The notes beneath the pieces are model-generated. The model saw nothing but the letters and a program-made list of their open reading frames with translations, was not told the DNA's origin and ran no database searches. DNA of 63,629 nt, the filler included, from Sphacelaria rigidula (taxonomy: Eukaryota): NCBI GenBank assembly GCA_964200075.2. It is 7 parts of 7 records of this genome, joined end to end, with 100 filler letters (N's around TTAATTAATTAA, not from the genome) between each part and the next. Parts side by side here need not be neighbours in the genome. Positions count along the whole stretch, not along the records: positions 1 to 9,005 come from CAXNAA020009536.1; positions 9,106 to 18,110 come from CAXNAA020009537.1; 5 more parts are not named here. The stretch is one strand, 5' to 3'. Of the stretch, positions 1-12,960 are shown piece by piece. Within the stretch, counting starts at the first letter, position 1, and each line of letters begins with the position of its first letter. The position numbers and the translations under genes are program-made.

Positions 1-221
1 CCTTTTGGGCAATCAGGCCGAAGAAATCGTGAATTTGGTGATTTTGAGTCGTGATGATTTGTCCTAACCGTGAAATTCTTTGATGTGGCCACGACGCTCG
101 TACACAATGACACACACCAAAAATATCGCTTACATCCTATATGTGAGAACGAAAAACACCACAGATATGCATGGAAAAGAAAGAAAAAAAAAAGCGTAGA
201 AATCATGCACGCCGACCATAC

Positions 222-3200
222 CTGTTCTTGCGCGAAGGCGTCGGTGAAGGCTTCGGGAACCTCAGTGACGGTTACGCACTGCAATTCGAATGTTTCCGAC
301 TGGCCGCGACGCGGACTACGGGGAGAACCAGGGTTGACCTGCTGCGGAGAGCATATCCCAACCACAATCACCAGCCAAAGTATTATACCTCGAAACGATG
401 TAAATGTCGGCCAGAGCCAACCGTACTCGACCTAGGTAGACTCGGACTTCAACAAACGTTTGCTTCGTAAATGTATAACTCGGTCGCGGATTGTCATCCC
501 GAGACTGATGGCGGTGTATTTTTTCTATATACAACAGGGTTCTCGTGACATTGAGAGTAGAGGATACGATAGAGAGTGAAAAGCGGTCAATTAGAGAATG
601 GATCGTTTCACTTCCGAAAAACTCCTCCCCGAGGCCCAATATGCTTCCTGTAGTAGCTTGCCACTGAGGCCTTTGATATCCCTGAGTAGGATATCGACGT
701 GTAGCTGTGAACTCCCGCAAGTGATGGAGGCAAAGAAAAGCACACACGGAATGAAAAATTGGCTAAGTTAAAGCGAGTGATCAAAACCACTCGCAATGAG
801 TGCGCTACTCTCAATCTCACGAAAACGTTGTGATACATATATATATATATATATAAATACACATGTTCAAGACAAAAACACTCCCTCACCGCCATCTACA
901 CGCGTGTAAATGTAATCACGGATATATGCACAATGAAAACCCCATTCATGCCTACGTGTTACCTCCTCAGGCGGGATGCAAGCAAACGCCGCGCACGTCT
1001 GTGGAATCTCCGGTTCTTCTTCCTCTTCTCCCTCCGCCGACGCCGCCGTTGGCACTGCCCTCTGCAGCAGCCCCTAGCGTCCAGGACTGGGGTGAGACTA
1101 GGAATCCCGCATGGTGCAGGGCTACGGCAAAAATCAGGATGCGGAACACTACAGAAAGCATCACTAGTTCGAGTTACAGTATACTGACACCCATTCACTT
1201 GGGATAAGCGTACACGCCACAAACTACTTCACCGAGTGTAGCGTGGGTGAGTTGAGTACTGGATCACAGTACGACGCTCTCACCCGATAACAGAAATGTT
1301 CCACCACAGAATTACGGGCGCCGAGGGACAGCAGCGAACGACCATTAGTGAGAAATGACGGCAGTATCTCTCCTTGATATATCTTCCTTTTCTCCGGTTT
1401 TCTTTTGGCGAGGGGTTCGGCTTATTTGCGGTAAGTGCGTTCGTGGAGGATGACCAGACGTGCTACAATCCATCGAGTAATCGAAATCCATTTTTCGGGT
1501 GAAATCTTGCACAGATCACATCCAAAAGGCGAGAGAAAAAACAGTGCAAAATGCCGTGGCAGAGTACCTCTCAACAGCGAGAGCAATCTTCTCAGCGGAT
1601 GGAAAAATTACCGGGACCAGTAGGGCTGAGAGCACCGCCCACGACCAACTTGACTTCAGTGGGTTCAAGCTTCCTTTATACCTGTCGCGATCGCAGATTT
1701 TCTCCTAGTCGGAGACCCCTCACCACCCGACTCCTGCCGCAGCCGCGCCGCCCCAACACGTACATCTATTAGAAACAGGAACAACGAAAGAGATTCAACA
1801 TACGGGAAAATACGACACATCCAACAGTAAATATGAACGCAAGAGGAACAAAACTTCAGAAACTCGTAAATATCGACACCTCATGTGTCACCAGAAATCA
1901 CAGGATAAAGCAAATTTTGCACCGCGAATTGAAGCGAGGCGACAACAGCGCGTGACAGGCCGGCTAGCGCTGCAAAGCATCGGGCGGCTATCCACCGCGG
2001 TGATTTGCTCACGAGTCCACAGGAGTGGAACGCGCTCCCCAAAATATTCGAAACATGCGAGGGGCGCTCGTCTTCGAAGTTCGGAGTTGCTACAGAGCCT
2101 TCCAAATTAACCAAAACTGGAGTCAGGGGAAGCGGGCGCACTTATCTGGATTTGCTCGCGATATCACAGAAGATTAAATAAATGGCGACGCTACGTTGTA
2201 GGCTGTATTGTATCATACGTGTCATGTACTGTGCAGGCAGTGATGCAGTTGCTGAAACGGTGGTGCGCGTCGCCACGTTGCCAATCCCTTTATGATTATA
2301 CGACGTGTGAATACTTGCTGCAGACCTTGCACAGATGAGTTGTGAAGCATAGCAAGCAGCTGAGTGCTTGTTGAGGTGTTGAGAGTAGAAGCTAGCGAAA
2401 TAATAAGTGTATTTCAGCCCGGAAGGGATAGGGGGGGACGAGGGGGGGAAGGCGGGGGGCGTACGTATTTGTTGCTTGCCTTAGTCGTTTGACCATTGAC
2501 CACACATCCCTTTCGAGACGGAGCATTCTTCTGCGTAGGCTATCTTTACCTGTCGAATCTGACGTTTCTAGTTCCAGCGCACGGCATGGATAGCGAAAGT
2601 GAACAAAAAATTACAACGGTCCAAGTTTTCGCTCCATGACGCACACAATTGTGACTTTTAGACCCTCGGGGTTGAGCAAGAGAACAGCTGCAGCAGGTGA
2701 TACGCGTCGGGTGCACAGGGTACAAATTACAATGGAAAACAGTACGTGCCATCAAGTGCGTTTTGGAAGACATCGCAGGGTGCTTGGGAGAAAGTCGATG
2801 GGGTGGGGTGGATAAAATGCCGGCAATCAACTCGAATGGAGAAAGTGTTGGAGGGAAAAAAAACGTGAAAAAGAAGGCTTGCCTGTATCACACGCCCCCC
2901 GCCGGTTTGGTAGTGCTGCTGCCGCTGCTGCCTTCGCGCGTTGGCCTCCTTCCCCTGTGCAGAAACTAACATGTCAAACATGTCTTCCCTGCTCCAAAGC
3001 CCCGCGTAATACAAGTGCTCTCTAGCGAGCGAGGGGCTGTGTGCCGCCAGCTGCCGTCGACGAATCCGTCGAGTATGCATCATTTTTGCGCCAGCACACA
3101 TGGGTGGCAGCAGGCGTTGCACGAATTCGGGGACGTCGAATACTGGACAGGGGGTACGGGCAGCACTACGCTTGGTTGACGGAGCACATGGCATTGATGC

Positions 3201-6200
3201 AAAAGCAAGAGGCCCGGAATGTGAAATTTCGATCAACTTCATTTCGAGTGCGAGATGCCGTAAGGTCAAGGACCAAAGTCCCACCTCTGGGTGACCTACT
3301 GGACATAGGTGGAATCTCCTTTGAAGGGGCGAATTGCCTTGCATTGCCGCATACCATCGCAAGTGTGTCAAGCGTTGAGAGAGGTGTCAAGTCAAGTGTA
3401 TACGGGGGACAGGCTGGTTTGCGTTGATCTTTGGCCTGCTGCCTACGGGGCGGCACTTCGTCTTCGACTGCGAGGTGTGCAGGGAGCTCACGTGCAAGAG
3501 GATCGTGAGATTAAAAATCGAAATCCGTGCGGGAAAAAAGTCCGTAGTGGATACACATACACATCGGCACAAGCTGACACCTTGCCATTCAAAGTATCAA
3601 CATTTCCTTCCAACGGTCGTTGCTGTTTGCAAACAGCAAAGGTACGCAAGACAGAAGAAGGGAGCAACCCTGCGTCTCACAAGGGGGGGGCGGGAATTCC
3701 ATTGGGATACCAAACAAAATCATGGAACAAAACACACGTTGGACACCTCACGAGCTCCCTGAATATTTATATCCCACAAGTGTACTGATCCGGAGCATGA
3801 GCGAGCTCATTTGTCTCCTATTTCCATATTTTCTCCCTACGATACAGCTTGGAATACCGAGTACACCGAGTAGTGCAAAGGTAGCGATTTCACTTCTCGG
3901 ACCCCGCCGTCACGTATTTTGTGTTTCTGGTCAACGGATCCGAGGGTCCACTTCGATGAGTTATTGAAGGTAGGCCATGAGCTATTCGTTATGTGAAACG
4001 TTCATGTTTCTCCTCAAACACGGGAAACGGAATGAATGCTAGGAAGTCAAGTATGGCAGGGATAAGTGCTGCCATGGTGCTCGTCCTACGTACGCACGTG
4101 TCAGTATTTAACCATCGACCGAACCAGACGGAGTGGAACGGAAAGGAACGGAGTGGAAGAGAAGGAAGGGGAAAACAATCGAGTCGAGCCTAAGCAAGCC
4201 GAACGGGAAGAAGAAAGGGAGTAAGAAACCGAAGCAACACGAGCGGCGGAACGAAACGAAAACAGAGGCACCCAAGCGTGATACACCTCGCGGAGCTACA
4301 AAATGCGCAACAGCTAAAAAGTCGCCGAGAAATCAATAGTCACTCACCATTTGCCAGTGAGCCAACCACCCCTCCACGGTCAGTGTTTCCGGCGCCCCCG
4401 GGGGACGCCTCAGTCTCCCGAACAGCTCGTAACTCCCATCCTGCCAATCAAACTCCGCCGTAGAACGCGGCTCGTTCCAGGCAGGACATGCCGGGTCCGG
4501 AATAACGCCAAATATCTTGAGTAAAGCCGGAGCATGGATGAAAGGAAGACATGTTGTCAGCGTTGAAAAGTGAAGTTCCAGTAAGATACTTGAAAGAATC
4601 AAAAAAAAGTACACGATGACATGGAAGAAGAATATATGTATGTGTATATATATATTATATATGTGTGTGTACATGTATCATTTCACTTTTTTCACCACTT
4701 TTGCCGAGTTTTCTCTAGCGACAAGGCATTGCTTCCCGCGCCTTCTTTTGCAGTGCATTAATAAGGCTGAACGGTACATTACCGTCCAGGTTTTGGTGTC
4801 ATCTGATATCTGTGGTGCGTGTGCTGGCCACCGAGCGTCGCTCAAACTGGCCCTTTTTCGCGGGGTGTCGATCCCGAACCACAAAAGCCTTTTCAAGATC
4901 ATGGGAAACTTGAAACAGGATTTTACTTTTGGCGGGGTATTTTTTCCCCGTATTTCTCCATGTCGCTCGTTCATTTGGAAGCACGAACGCACCGGTTATG
5001 CCAACGTCACGAGAACATGAGAGCAGTTGAAAACAACTGAACATTGCCTTGGCCTTGGTCAGCAGCAAACACGAGACCGTGCAATGGGCCGTTGGCGAAT
5101 TGAACGAGGCACAGCAGCATGGCAGCACAGGAATGTTTTGCCGCAAAAAAAAATCTCCTGTTTTAAAAAAAAGCCCGGTGATGTGGAAGCCACAGTGATG
5201 TGCAATCGTTTCAGACAAGAACCACCACTCTGCGGAATATATGGCTAGGTAGATAGCTAGCTAGGCGACATTATTTGGCAACACCATAAACTCAACTATT
5301 TGTTTTCGACACAAGACCGTACAGTTCAGGAAGTCTCCAACCATGGGGTTGGAGGGCTCGGGGGGTTTTACACTATTCATTTTTGAAACAAGGTCGTGCA
5401 GTAAAAATAAGTCTGCAACCATGGGTTTGCAGGGCTTGGGGCTTTCTCCCCGAACACAAGAAAAAGTTCATGCACATGAACTAACGACTACCGCACGCGA
5501 GCGGAATATATGGCTAGGTAGCTAGCTAGCTAGGCGACATCATCTGGCAACACCACAAACTTCCACTTCGGTCGTACTTTATCGGTGTTCTCTCTCTCGG
5601 GCGGGGCTGGAAAAATGCAGTACCCTACAAGCGCGGAGAGTAGCACCCAAAGCACGCAGTACGTGGATTTTTAACAGGAAAAGCCCGGTGAAAAGTGCGG
5701 CCGGTTTGAAAAAAAACGCGACTCTCATGTGCAGAAAAAGAGCGAAACACTTGAAGAACATATCCGCGAGCTTCCCAAGTGAGAAAGAAAATGCCAGGAA
5801 TGTTCCACGCATGCCAACAGCCAACCACAGCCACACCTGTGTCCAGAGAAATGCAAATTATCAGGGCCCTTACCGAAGGGGATTATCCCCTCTTCCACAA
5901 CCCCTTTTTGACACGGTATTGGCCCCACAACGACCAGTCCTGATTCCTATCGTGAAGCAGTTTTGTACAGATTGGACCCCAGATCTGCACCCAGGTTCAG
6001 ATATGCGGCGGGTCTGGAAGTGGTCGTAAGCCCAAGGTCTGCGTAGTGATGCAGACAAGACGCAACAAGGCAACACAACACCTACACATCCAGCCTCGAA
6101 AAAACACGCTCAGACACCCACCACTCACGCGCACTAGTTTCACTGCTAGACATTGCCGACCTACACAAGGCAGTCTTCATTTGAGGGAAATCCGTTCTGT

Positions 6201-7630
6201 ATTGGACGAATGGCGGCCGCGTGCGTGTCAAGAACAACCGAAAACGTGTCATTGCTGGCCATCTTGTAAGCGTGTGCTGTGCGCGCGCGTCTCACACAGA
6301 TCATCATTTCTTGAAGAGTTCCACACAGATTTGAGCATGGTCACGCACAACGTGCACAGCTGATGAGCAGCCGCGCATATACCACACATATCGAAATTAT
6401 TGCCGCCCAACCATTGTACAACCTTCACATCCGTGTTACTCAAATTGGTCAACCTTTATCCGGAGCCATCATTCGAAAGCACGTGCGATTTTTTGTACAG
6501 CCACGACTACTACTGTACATTGAGATACAACAGCCTCTCTTAACCATATATTTTCGACTTCCGTCACCCCCGGGAGACCCGTACCAACCTCCCGAAGGAA
6601 AACTTGTATATATATATATATATATATAATATGGTTGCATTCCCCCTGCACCGGCAATGCGCATGTGAGCACGTGTTGTTAACAGTACTCGAAGGCCACT
6701 TCGCCGAAGACGATGGCGACAACTACTTCATCACTGCCTGCTGCTGTTGCTGTTGATGCTGATCAACAACAATTCAAAGATGCCAGCGTCGACCCATTAC
6801 CTGTTTCTGGTCTTCTTGAGTCAACACCCTCCCCGTGGATGTCACCGTATCAGAGGAGAACTGCTCGAACAGCGACAGCACGAAACGCTCAGCCCGCGGC
6901 GAGAGCACCTGCACGAACACCAAATAAATATCGCAGACGTAGAGCGCCCTCAGCATCAAGGAGTGGAACAAAGCACGAAGCAACAACAGGGCGCCGAACA
7001 CGCACGAGTATACTGCAGGCAAATTTATACCAGGTACACCAATGCGTGTACATACAAGTTTTTCGGCGGCTTCCACCGCCGCGCTTAGTTGATCGATTCC
7101 AAGACACTTCATGAACACATTAAAATTGCGCAGGACACATATGTTATCCGTTTGGATGGCAGTGTGTTGAGGTGTGTTTTGTGTTGAGGTTTGTGAGCGA
7201 GTGGGGGGGGGTGGAGAGCGAGACAGGGAGAAGAGAGAGAGCCACCTCCGCCACGTTGGAGGCAAAATGAACGTGTCAGGACATGGAGGCCCGTCACGGA
7301 CGTGCGAGTATGCATCGTGCAGGCTCGCCATGTGTACGACGTGCCGCCCTGGCATGTAGACGAAGACGTGCCTCAAAACGATACTCATTTCGTGTCAACA
7401 TGAACGCCTACCGTCAAAAGTCCACCCGCGTGACGCATGTAACCACCCATTTGCGTAAGCTGTATCATAAACTGCATATATGATGACAAGTGTGCCTCAA
7501 AAAATGCTTGCAGCATGGTATGACGCTCATGTCGAATTTTGAAATCCAGGATGCAACCTCCTCGTGAAAAAAACGTCGAGCGAACTTGATATCCAGCGTG
7601 TACAGCCCCCTCAGGCGGCTTGATTATGTC
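222..7630 (-). CDS. MIRO: Mitochondrial Rho GTPase (Miro/RHOT/Gem1-like), partial: second EF-hand region and C-terminal GTPase domain
   Basis: All exons are phase 0: 7630-7586 (tentative, DIIKPPEGAVHAGYQ), 6908-6801 (VLSPRAERFVLSLFEQF...LTQEDQKQ), 4515-4348 (IFGVIP...LTVEGWLAHWQM), 3050-2883 (LAAHSPSLAREHLYYAGL...RVIQ, GC donor), 1765-1682 (MYVLGRRGCGRS, P-loop), 1073-963, 338-222 (...VTEVPE...). The motif order matches the Miro EF2/EF-associated segment followed by the cGTPase. The 5' exons were not identified and the 3' end lies beyond the window start. Confidence 0.85.
532..832 (+). mobile_element. ~300-bp MITE, family A (TIR core TTTTCGTGAGATTGAGAGTAG), in a TA-rich site
   Basis: Inverted ends ...tcgtgacattgagagtag / ctactctcaatctcacgaaaac..., with TA-rich flanks. 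Related copies at ~51958-52264 and ~55150-55435. Confidence 0.8.
5868..6605 (+). repeat. Interspersed repeat family B copy in a Miro intron
   Basis: Segment ~5920-6375 (gcagttttgtac...cagatctgcac...gcagacaagacgcaacaaggcaac) aligns by eye with ~13245-13710 (minus) and ~14005-14455 (plus). Boundaries are approximate. Confidence 0.7.
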
Positions 7631-9005
7631 CTGACGAACGTTCACTTTTCTAGACAACTTTCCCGAAACCGCTTCCCATGGAACCAATGCTATAAAATCG
7701 ATAAAAGTTGTCCGAGATCGGGAGCTTCTTCCAGAGATATGCTTTTTTCTGCCCATTCTGTCGAGAAATGGGGAATTTGTACGGAGAGACCAGGATTGTC
7801 GGGGACAACGTACAAAAACGCCCCCCATCAAGCACGACTCAACTAGCTATGCCGACAGTACATATAATGGAGTACAGCTACGCACAGCACAGGTGCACAT
7901 AAAGTGCGCACGGTACACCAACTTTACCATGCAGCCAGCATACCGCTGGCCAACAGTACAGACGATACACACAGCTGCAGCAGACAATTTGTGGAGCAAA
8001 TTCATGCATGTACTAACGGCAGCAGTGTACGAACTGTACGGCTTGTGTAGAAACGGTAGCGAGACGGAGCAATGCGCACTCCTGATCATGCCCATTTCCC
8101 GACCAGATATGGTGTACCTCCGTCGGGGTAGCGATCCAGTGATGACAGTCCCAAAAGATGCACCTTCCAAGAGTACTTTTCATTTGTTTCGTGCTCTGTA
8201 TGCCGTATCCTTATAGCGGTTTCGCTCGCATGCCCCGCCTTCTTTCTCCGCTACTCTTCAGTGTGCTGCGTGGCGCAATCACCGCAGTACGTTCGCACAG
8301 CACCGACCGGCGTACATGTACAGCACGGCGCATCTCTGGATACCCGATACACAGAGGAAACGGTCTCCAAAATGATGGGAACGGACAAAGGGCTTGGACA
8401 GGAAACCAAATGTACACTACTGTCACGTGAACGAAATAATGGCCCGTGACGACGCGAGAGCTCGTGAAAAAGCTGCGCTGTGAGACATCGAGAGAAAATT
8501 CTCCTGGACTCCGACGAAAATGCTCACGGATAAAAAAAGTCGTGTACATCTACACCTAATGTATACACACGCTGGAGAAGAGACATTGGCACACATGAGC
8601 GTTCAACAGGAAACTAGAACATGGCAAGCGGGGGACTCAACGGGGGGGGGCACGAGACACGCCGCCTCCCTGAGCGGCACCTAGACAACAGAGCGCACAG
8701 GAGAGCTGATAGACAGAAGCAGAGCTCAATTGAAAGGTATGGTGAGGGAGTGAGAACGTAGGGGAGTCGCACCCCCTTCCTCTGTACCAGAAGTCAAGTC
8801 CATTATGGGGTGCAAATGGCATCTTCTTCCCAACGGCGGTACCTACGATGTGGATGTGTGAGTTCATTGAAAATGAAGTTACGTGATGCCGATGGGGGGG
8901 CGTACTCTGCCCATGGGGGGGGGGGGGGGGGGCGTTCCCTTTTTTTTCCTGCCTTTCGTTTTTTTCCCTTGGCCCCCCCCACCCTTTTGGGGGGGGGGGC
9001 GCCGG

Positions 9006-9105
9006 NNNNNNNNNNNNNNNNNNNNNNNNNNNNNNNNNNNNNNNNNNNNTTAATTAATTAANNNNNNNNNNNNNNNNNNNNNNNNNNNNNNNNNNNNNNN
9101 NNNNN
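9006..9105. other. Artificial contig spacer N44-TTAATTAATTAA-N44
   Basis: 100 nt. The central 12-mer has stops in all six frames. Confidence 0.98.
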
Positions 9106-9583
9106 AATTCTCCGGGTTTCTCATCCTCAATAAAAGATCCATCCCCAATTCGTAAGATCCCGTGTTATAAATAGTATGAGCAGCGCGAGAAGTGCGAGAA
9201 GTGCGAGTAAGACTCCAGCACTTGTGCAGCCACGCCACGTCAACAAAGTATACAGGTGAACATCCACACAAAACCACGAAAAAATGAAAGGCAAACAAGC
9301 AAAATTGAACGCCGTTCAAAAGCCAACATCCGTCAAGTGCGGCTATGCAAGCTAGCTCTGTGATAAGTCACAACGAAAACGAGAACGAATGGAGGAATAT
9401 GGCAACAGCCCCCTGCATATCACGAGGCGTGCCTGTAAAGAGCGTTCCGTTACTTTTGGGGGGGGGGACGATGCAGATCGCTCGCCGAGAAGATAACCCT
9501 ACAACACACACGCACGTACAGAGAGAGTGAGAGAGAGAGCGAGAGAGAGCGAGAGAGACGATATACTTGTTCTCGTCCCTTAC

Positions 9584-10448
9584 CGCATGCCCTTGCCCCC
9601 GTGATCTCAGCAGCCGCTATGCAAATACGACCGTCTCCACACCCAAGATCAAACAAAACCTGGCATGGAAAAGGAAGATAGAAGTAAACAATTGACGGGG
9701 AATTGTGCGTATCGTTACCGAAGGTTGATACGTTGGATGGTCTTCGTGTTCGTCACAAACATCATCCGGCACGTCTAATGGAAATCCAGCCCTGAGAGGA
9801 GAAATAAACTGCGGGCGGAGGGCGTGATCATGAGAACCACCTCTGAAAGCCCTCTCACCGATCAAACAGTTTCAAGAACGGAAACGGAGATTCACCACAT
9901 CATCTGAAAGCTATCCCAACCAACCACAACGAAACACCATGGGTGAGAGACGCGCTCCAACTATGATCGCAAAAGATGTTTCGTTTCAGGAGTATGACAA
10001 CCGAGAAAATGATTGAAAACAGACGTAACATATTGACGTATCCATTTATCTATATATGTATCTATACGATCTTAGTATGCGCTGCGCAGAATATCCTGTT
10101 TGGTACACACAGCAGATCAAAAACACTGCTACTTGTGTACCATGAAAAACGGATCACCCTCTCCTCTTCTGTTACGCAAGGGCGGTAGTTTGATGGGCTC
10201 ACATCGTCTTTCGTTACACCGGCAAAGTCAATGATGGCCTTCACCACCTCCGAATCCGCCTGCAGCAACGCACGACACACGCGCAAACAAAACAGCCGAA
10301 AACGATGTTCCGCACGGTACTCATGCCATACTGATAGTGCAAGCACCTTGAAACTTGACTGAAGAGATTGGGAGTCCCAAAGTCTTTCCGCGCTACAGAG
10401 CCAGCCACGGTACGTGGGAGCATACTCTGGAGGAACTGAACCATCCAT
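9584..10448 (-). CDS. Class I SAM-dependent methyltransferase, 5' part
   Basis: Exons 10259-10203 (ADSEVVKAIIDFAGVTKDD) and 9659-9584 (VLFDLGCGDGRICIAAAEITGARAC) join in frame through a GT-AG intron and give SAM-binding motif I, DLGCGDG. The first exon 10448-10347 (MDGSVPP...SFK) is tentative. The remainder was not found before the gap. Confidence 0.8.
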
Positions 10449-11164
10449 ATTATCTCTTTTTGCTTTCTCTTTCATCCATGAGACCCCCAATTGAGAAAAG
10501 GTAGAGCCTGTCGTGTACTGTACAATGACCAGCAGAAACGAAAACCACGACGCTAGACACTTTCTACGATAGGCCCTCCTCGAAACCAGCCCAAAAGTGT
10601 CACGAAAAAATTGGTAATACAGCGCCTGATGTTTGGCTCCAGACTGCATGAGGTGCCTCATATGGGCGCCATTGGCGAGACCGAACCCAAGCGTGGGAAT
10701 CCCAGCTGCTCGTTGTGCTCGGTTTTTTCCATTTCGATATACGTGGAGATTTCGCCCCCCCAAACCAGGCACTTCGTGAGGGGGGGGGGGCTATTGTAGA
10801 AAGTGTCGCTACAGTAACCTCCAGTCGTTCACCAGTTAGATGAACCTTACGTGCTACAGTAAATGTTTTCATGTTTCCCCCATGAAATAGCAGTCACCCC
10901 AGCATGTGGCATCCCTTCTGTGCTACGTAGTCGTCACGCACACGGTTCAGTACCCAGATGACACCCGGGCCCACCGTTCTTCTCTTCAGAAAGGGCCCGT
11001 GCTGCTTGTAACGTAGTCAGCACAACACCTGTACGCTGAATTCCATTACCTAGAGACTCCCTCATATCCCCTCCCCCCAGTTGGGCAGATTTTTGACAGT
11101 ACAGTAGCTTTTTCCACTCCGTAGAACGACTCTTTGAAGGACTTTATCACGTTTTTATTATCCA

Positions 11165-11520
11165 CCGGTCGCCCCGGTGGTTCAGTTGGTAACCTCGGAA
11201 CCTTCTGACGGTTTGGCCGTGGGTTCAATTCTCAGAGTGATTTGAGATTTTTCTCACACCATGCTCAACAGTGGAGATCGACTGTGTGGTGGGTAGACAA
11301 ATCTCGACTCAACGGTCGACGAGGGAAGGGGACTGGCTGCGGGACCCTCTCGCGATAAAAAAATAAAGGCAAGCACCGCAGAAGGAAGGTGGAGTACTAA
11401 AAACAAACAGACAAAAAACGCCTGTGTTGACCTTCCTCCTGTGTGACCCCGGCTAGTGCGCCCACATATACCGCAAGATGTAGACTGGCGCCCAGAATAG
11501 ATGGGACGACAACACACACG
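11165..11520 (+). mobile_element. tRNA-derived SINE-like element, family S1
   Basis: Pol III A-box-like TGGTTCAGTTGG (11178-11189) and B-box-like GGTTCAATTC (11222-11231). The body is shared with 17375-17590, 17030-17180 and 52574-51901. Confidence 0.75.
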
Positions 11521-12359
11521 TTATGATTCAAGATTTTATTTTGAAAACCGATATTCGGATCTTCGGCGGTGTAGGTTTCCCCAATTGCTCCTTGCGTGTG
11601 TAGCGTTTTGTCGATTGACGCTAGAGGCCGATTTGAGCTCTGCCAACGTCCACATGGTGTACCTTATCGTATTCTCGCGAAGCAAGGACGAGATAAGAAA
11701 GAAGAAACAATAAACGGGGATACACGTTGGATATGCCCACAGGAGAAAAAAACACGTAATTTAAGAAATGCAGCTGGCGCGCACGCTCAAAACAGAGAAT
11801 TGAGCCTTGATCCCACCCACATTCACGTTTCTTAACTTCGGGCGTCCTCTTATGGTAAGCCATGTTTTTGCCCTACATGCATAGCGTTCCCGCGTTACTA
11901 CAGGCGACAAAATCATGAAATGTGCGCGAGACGTGTAGTAAGACCGTGCTCTGCGATTGCAGCGCCGTCTTTTACATGGGCCATGCCGTGATGGTAAACT
12001 ACAGGGCAGTACCGTACAGTACTGGTGCAATATAGCGTTGTGAAGAGAATCGTACAGCCGGGTGCATATGCAGCAATGTAGAGGGATCTCAGCATATCTC
12101 TGCTGCACGATATAGTACTTGGGTACTGTCATGTAGTCCTACAGAAGGTGTACCCACGGCGAACGCTACAGCACCCGGCATTTTGCAAGGGCCATATCGT
12201 TTCGACGATCGGGAACATGGGAGACTTATTTGAAAACATTGCTGGTGGCATCTCAGGAGGTGGCGGGAGACACTCCTCTGCCCCCCTCCCCTTTCCCCCT
12301 TCTCTCTAGACTCCTGGGAAAGCATCGAGTGGTAGCGACGCTATAAAAACAAGCCATTA

Positions 12360-12960
12360 GAATTAGACATGAAATATACAGCCTGTCATCATACATATAC
12401 CAGAGACCGACCACAGATGATAAACAATTCCCCAGACCAACACACACGGTAAACATGAAATTATTCGAATAAGCCAAGCTTTTTTACCATGTTGGAACCC
12501 AGACCGGATATAGACATGAAGGCTTCTCTCTTCACTCCTGGGTTGGCGTCGAGTGGCAAAGACGTTGTAAAAGCAAGCTACCAGAATCGACACATGAAAG
12601 TGTACAGTCGGTCACGATACATATACCAGAGACCGACCAGAGACGACAAAAAATTCCCCAGACCAGCATACACGGCCAACATGAAATTACTCGAATATCC
12701 AATTCTGTTTTCCTGTATTGGACCCCAGACCGGATAGCATAAAATAACAAGGGTGACCATTCTTCTATGCAGTACCAGACAAAGCCCGGATATAGACATG
12801 AAATAACGAAGCTAATCATTTTTCTATGCGCCAGATCACAGCTCGGATACGGACATGAAATAAATGAGCTAACTACTTTTTTCTAGCATTACCAGAATAC
12901 CGCCTGAACATAGACATGAAATAGCGAAGCTAACCAAAAATTTTCTTTGCATTAGGACCA
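12360..12960 (+). repeat. Degenerate ~60-bp tandem repeat (ccggatatagacatgaaataacgaagctaacca...)
   Basis: The motif AGACATGAAAT recurs, with ~60-bp spacing at 12780-12950. The array resumes at 13765-13945 and 14745-14815. Confidence 0.75.

Noticed and set aside
1565-1681. Hydrophobic reading YKGSLNP...AVLSALLVPVIF as the Miro tail anchor
   Set aside because: It lies in the intron after the P-loop exon, upstream of further GTPase exons.
9050-9061. TTAATTAATTAA recurring every ~9.1 kb as a biological motif
   Set aside because: It is a synthetic six-frame stop linker inside N runs.
11165-11240. Functional tRNA gene (also 17375, 48340, 52574)
   Set aside because: A/B boxes are present but I could not close a cloverleaf. 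The S1 heads are attached to a shared repeat body.
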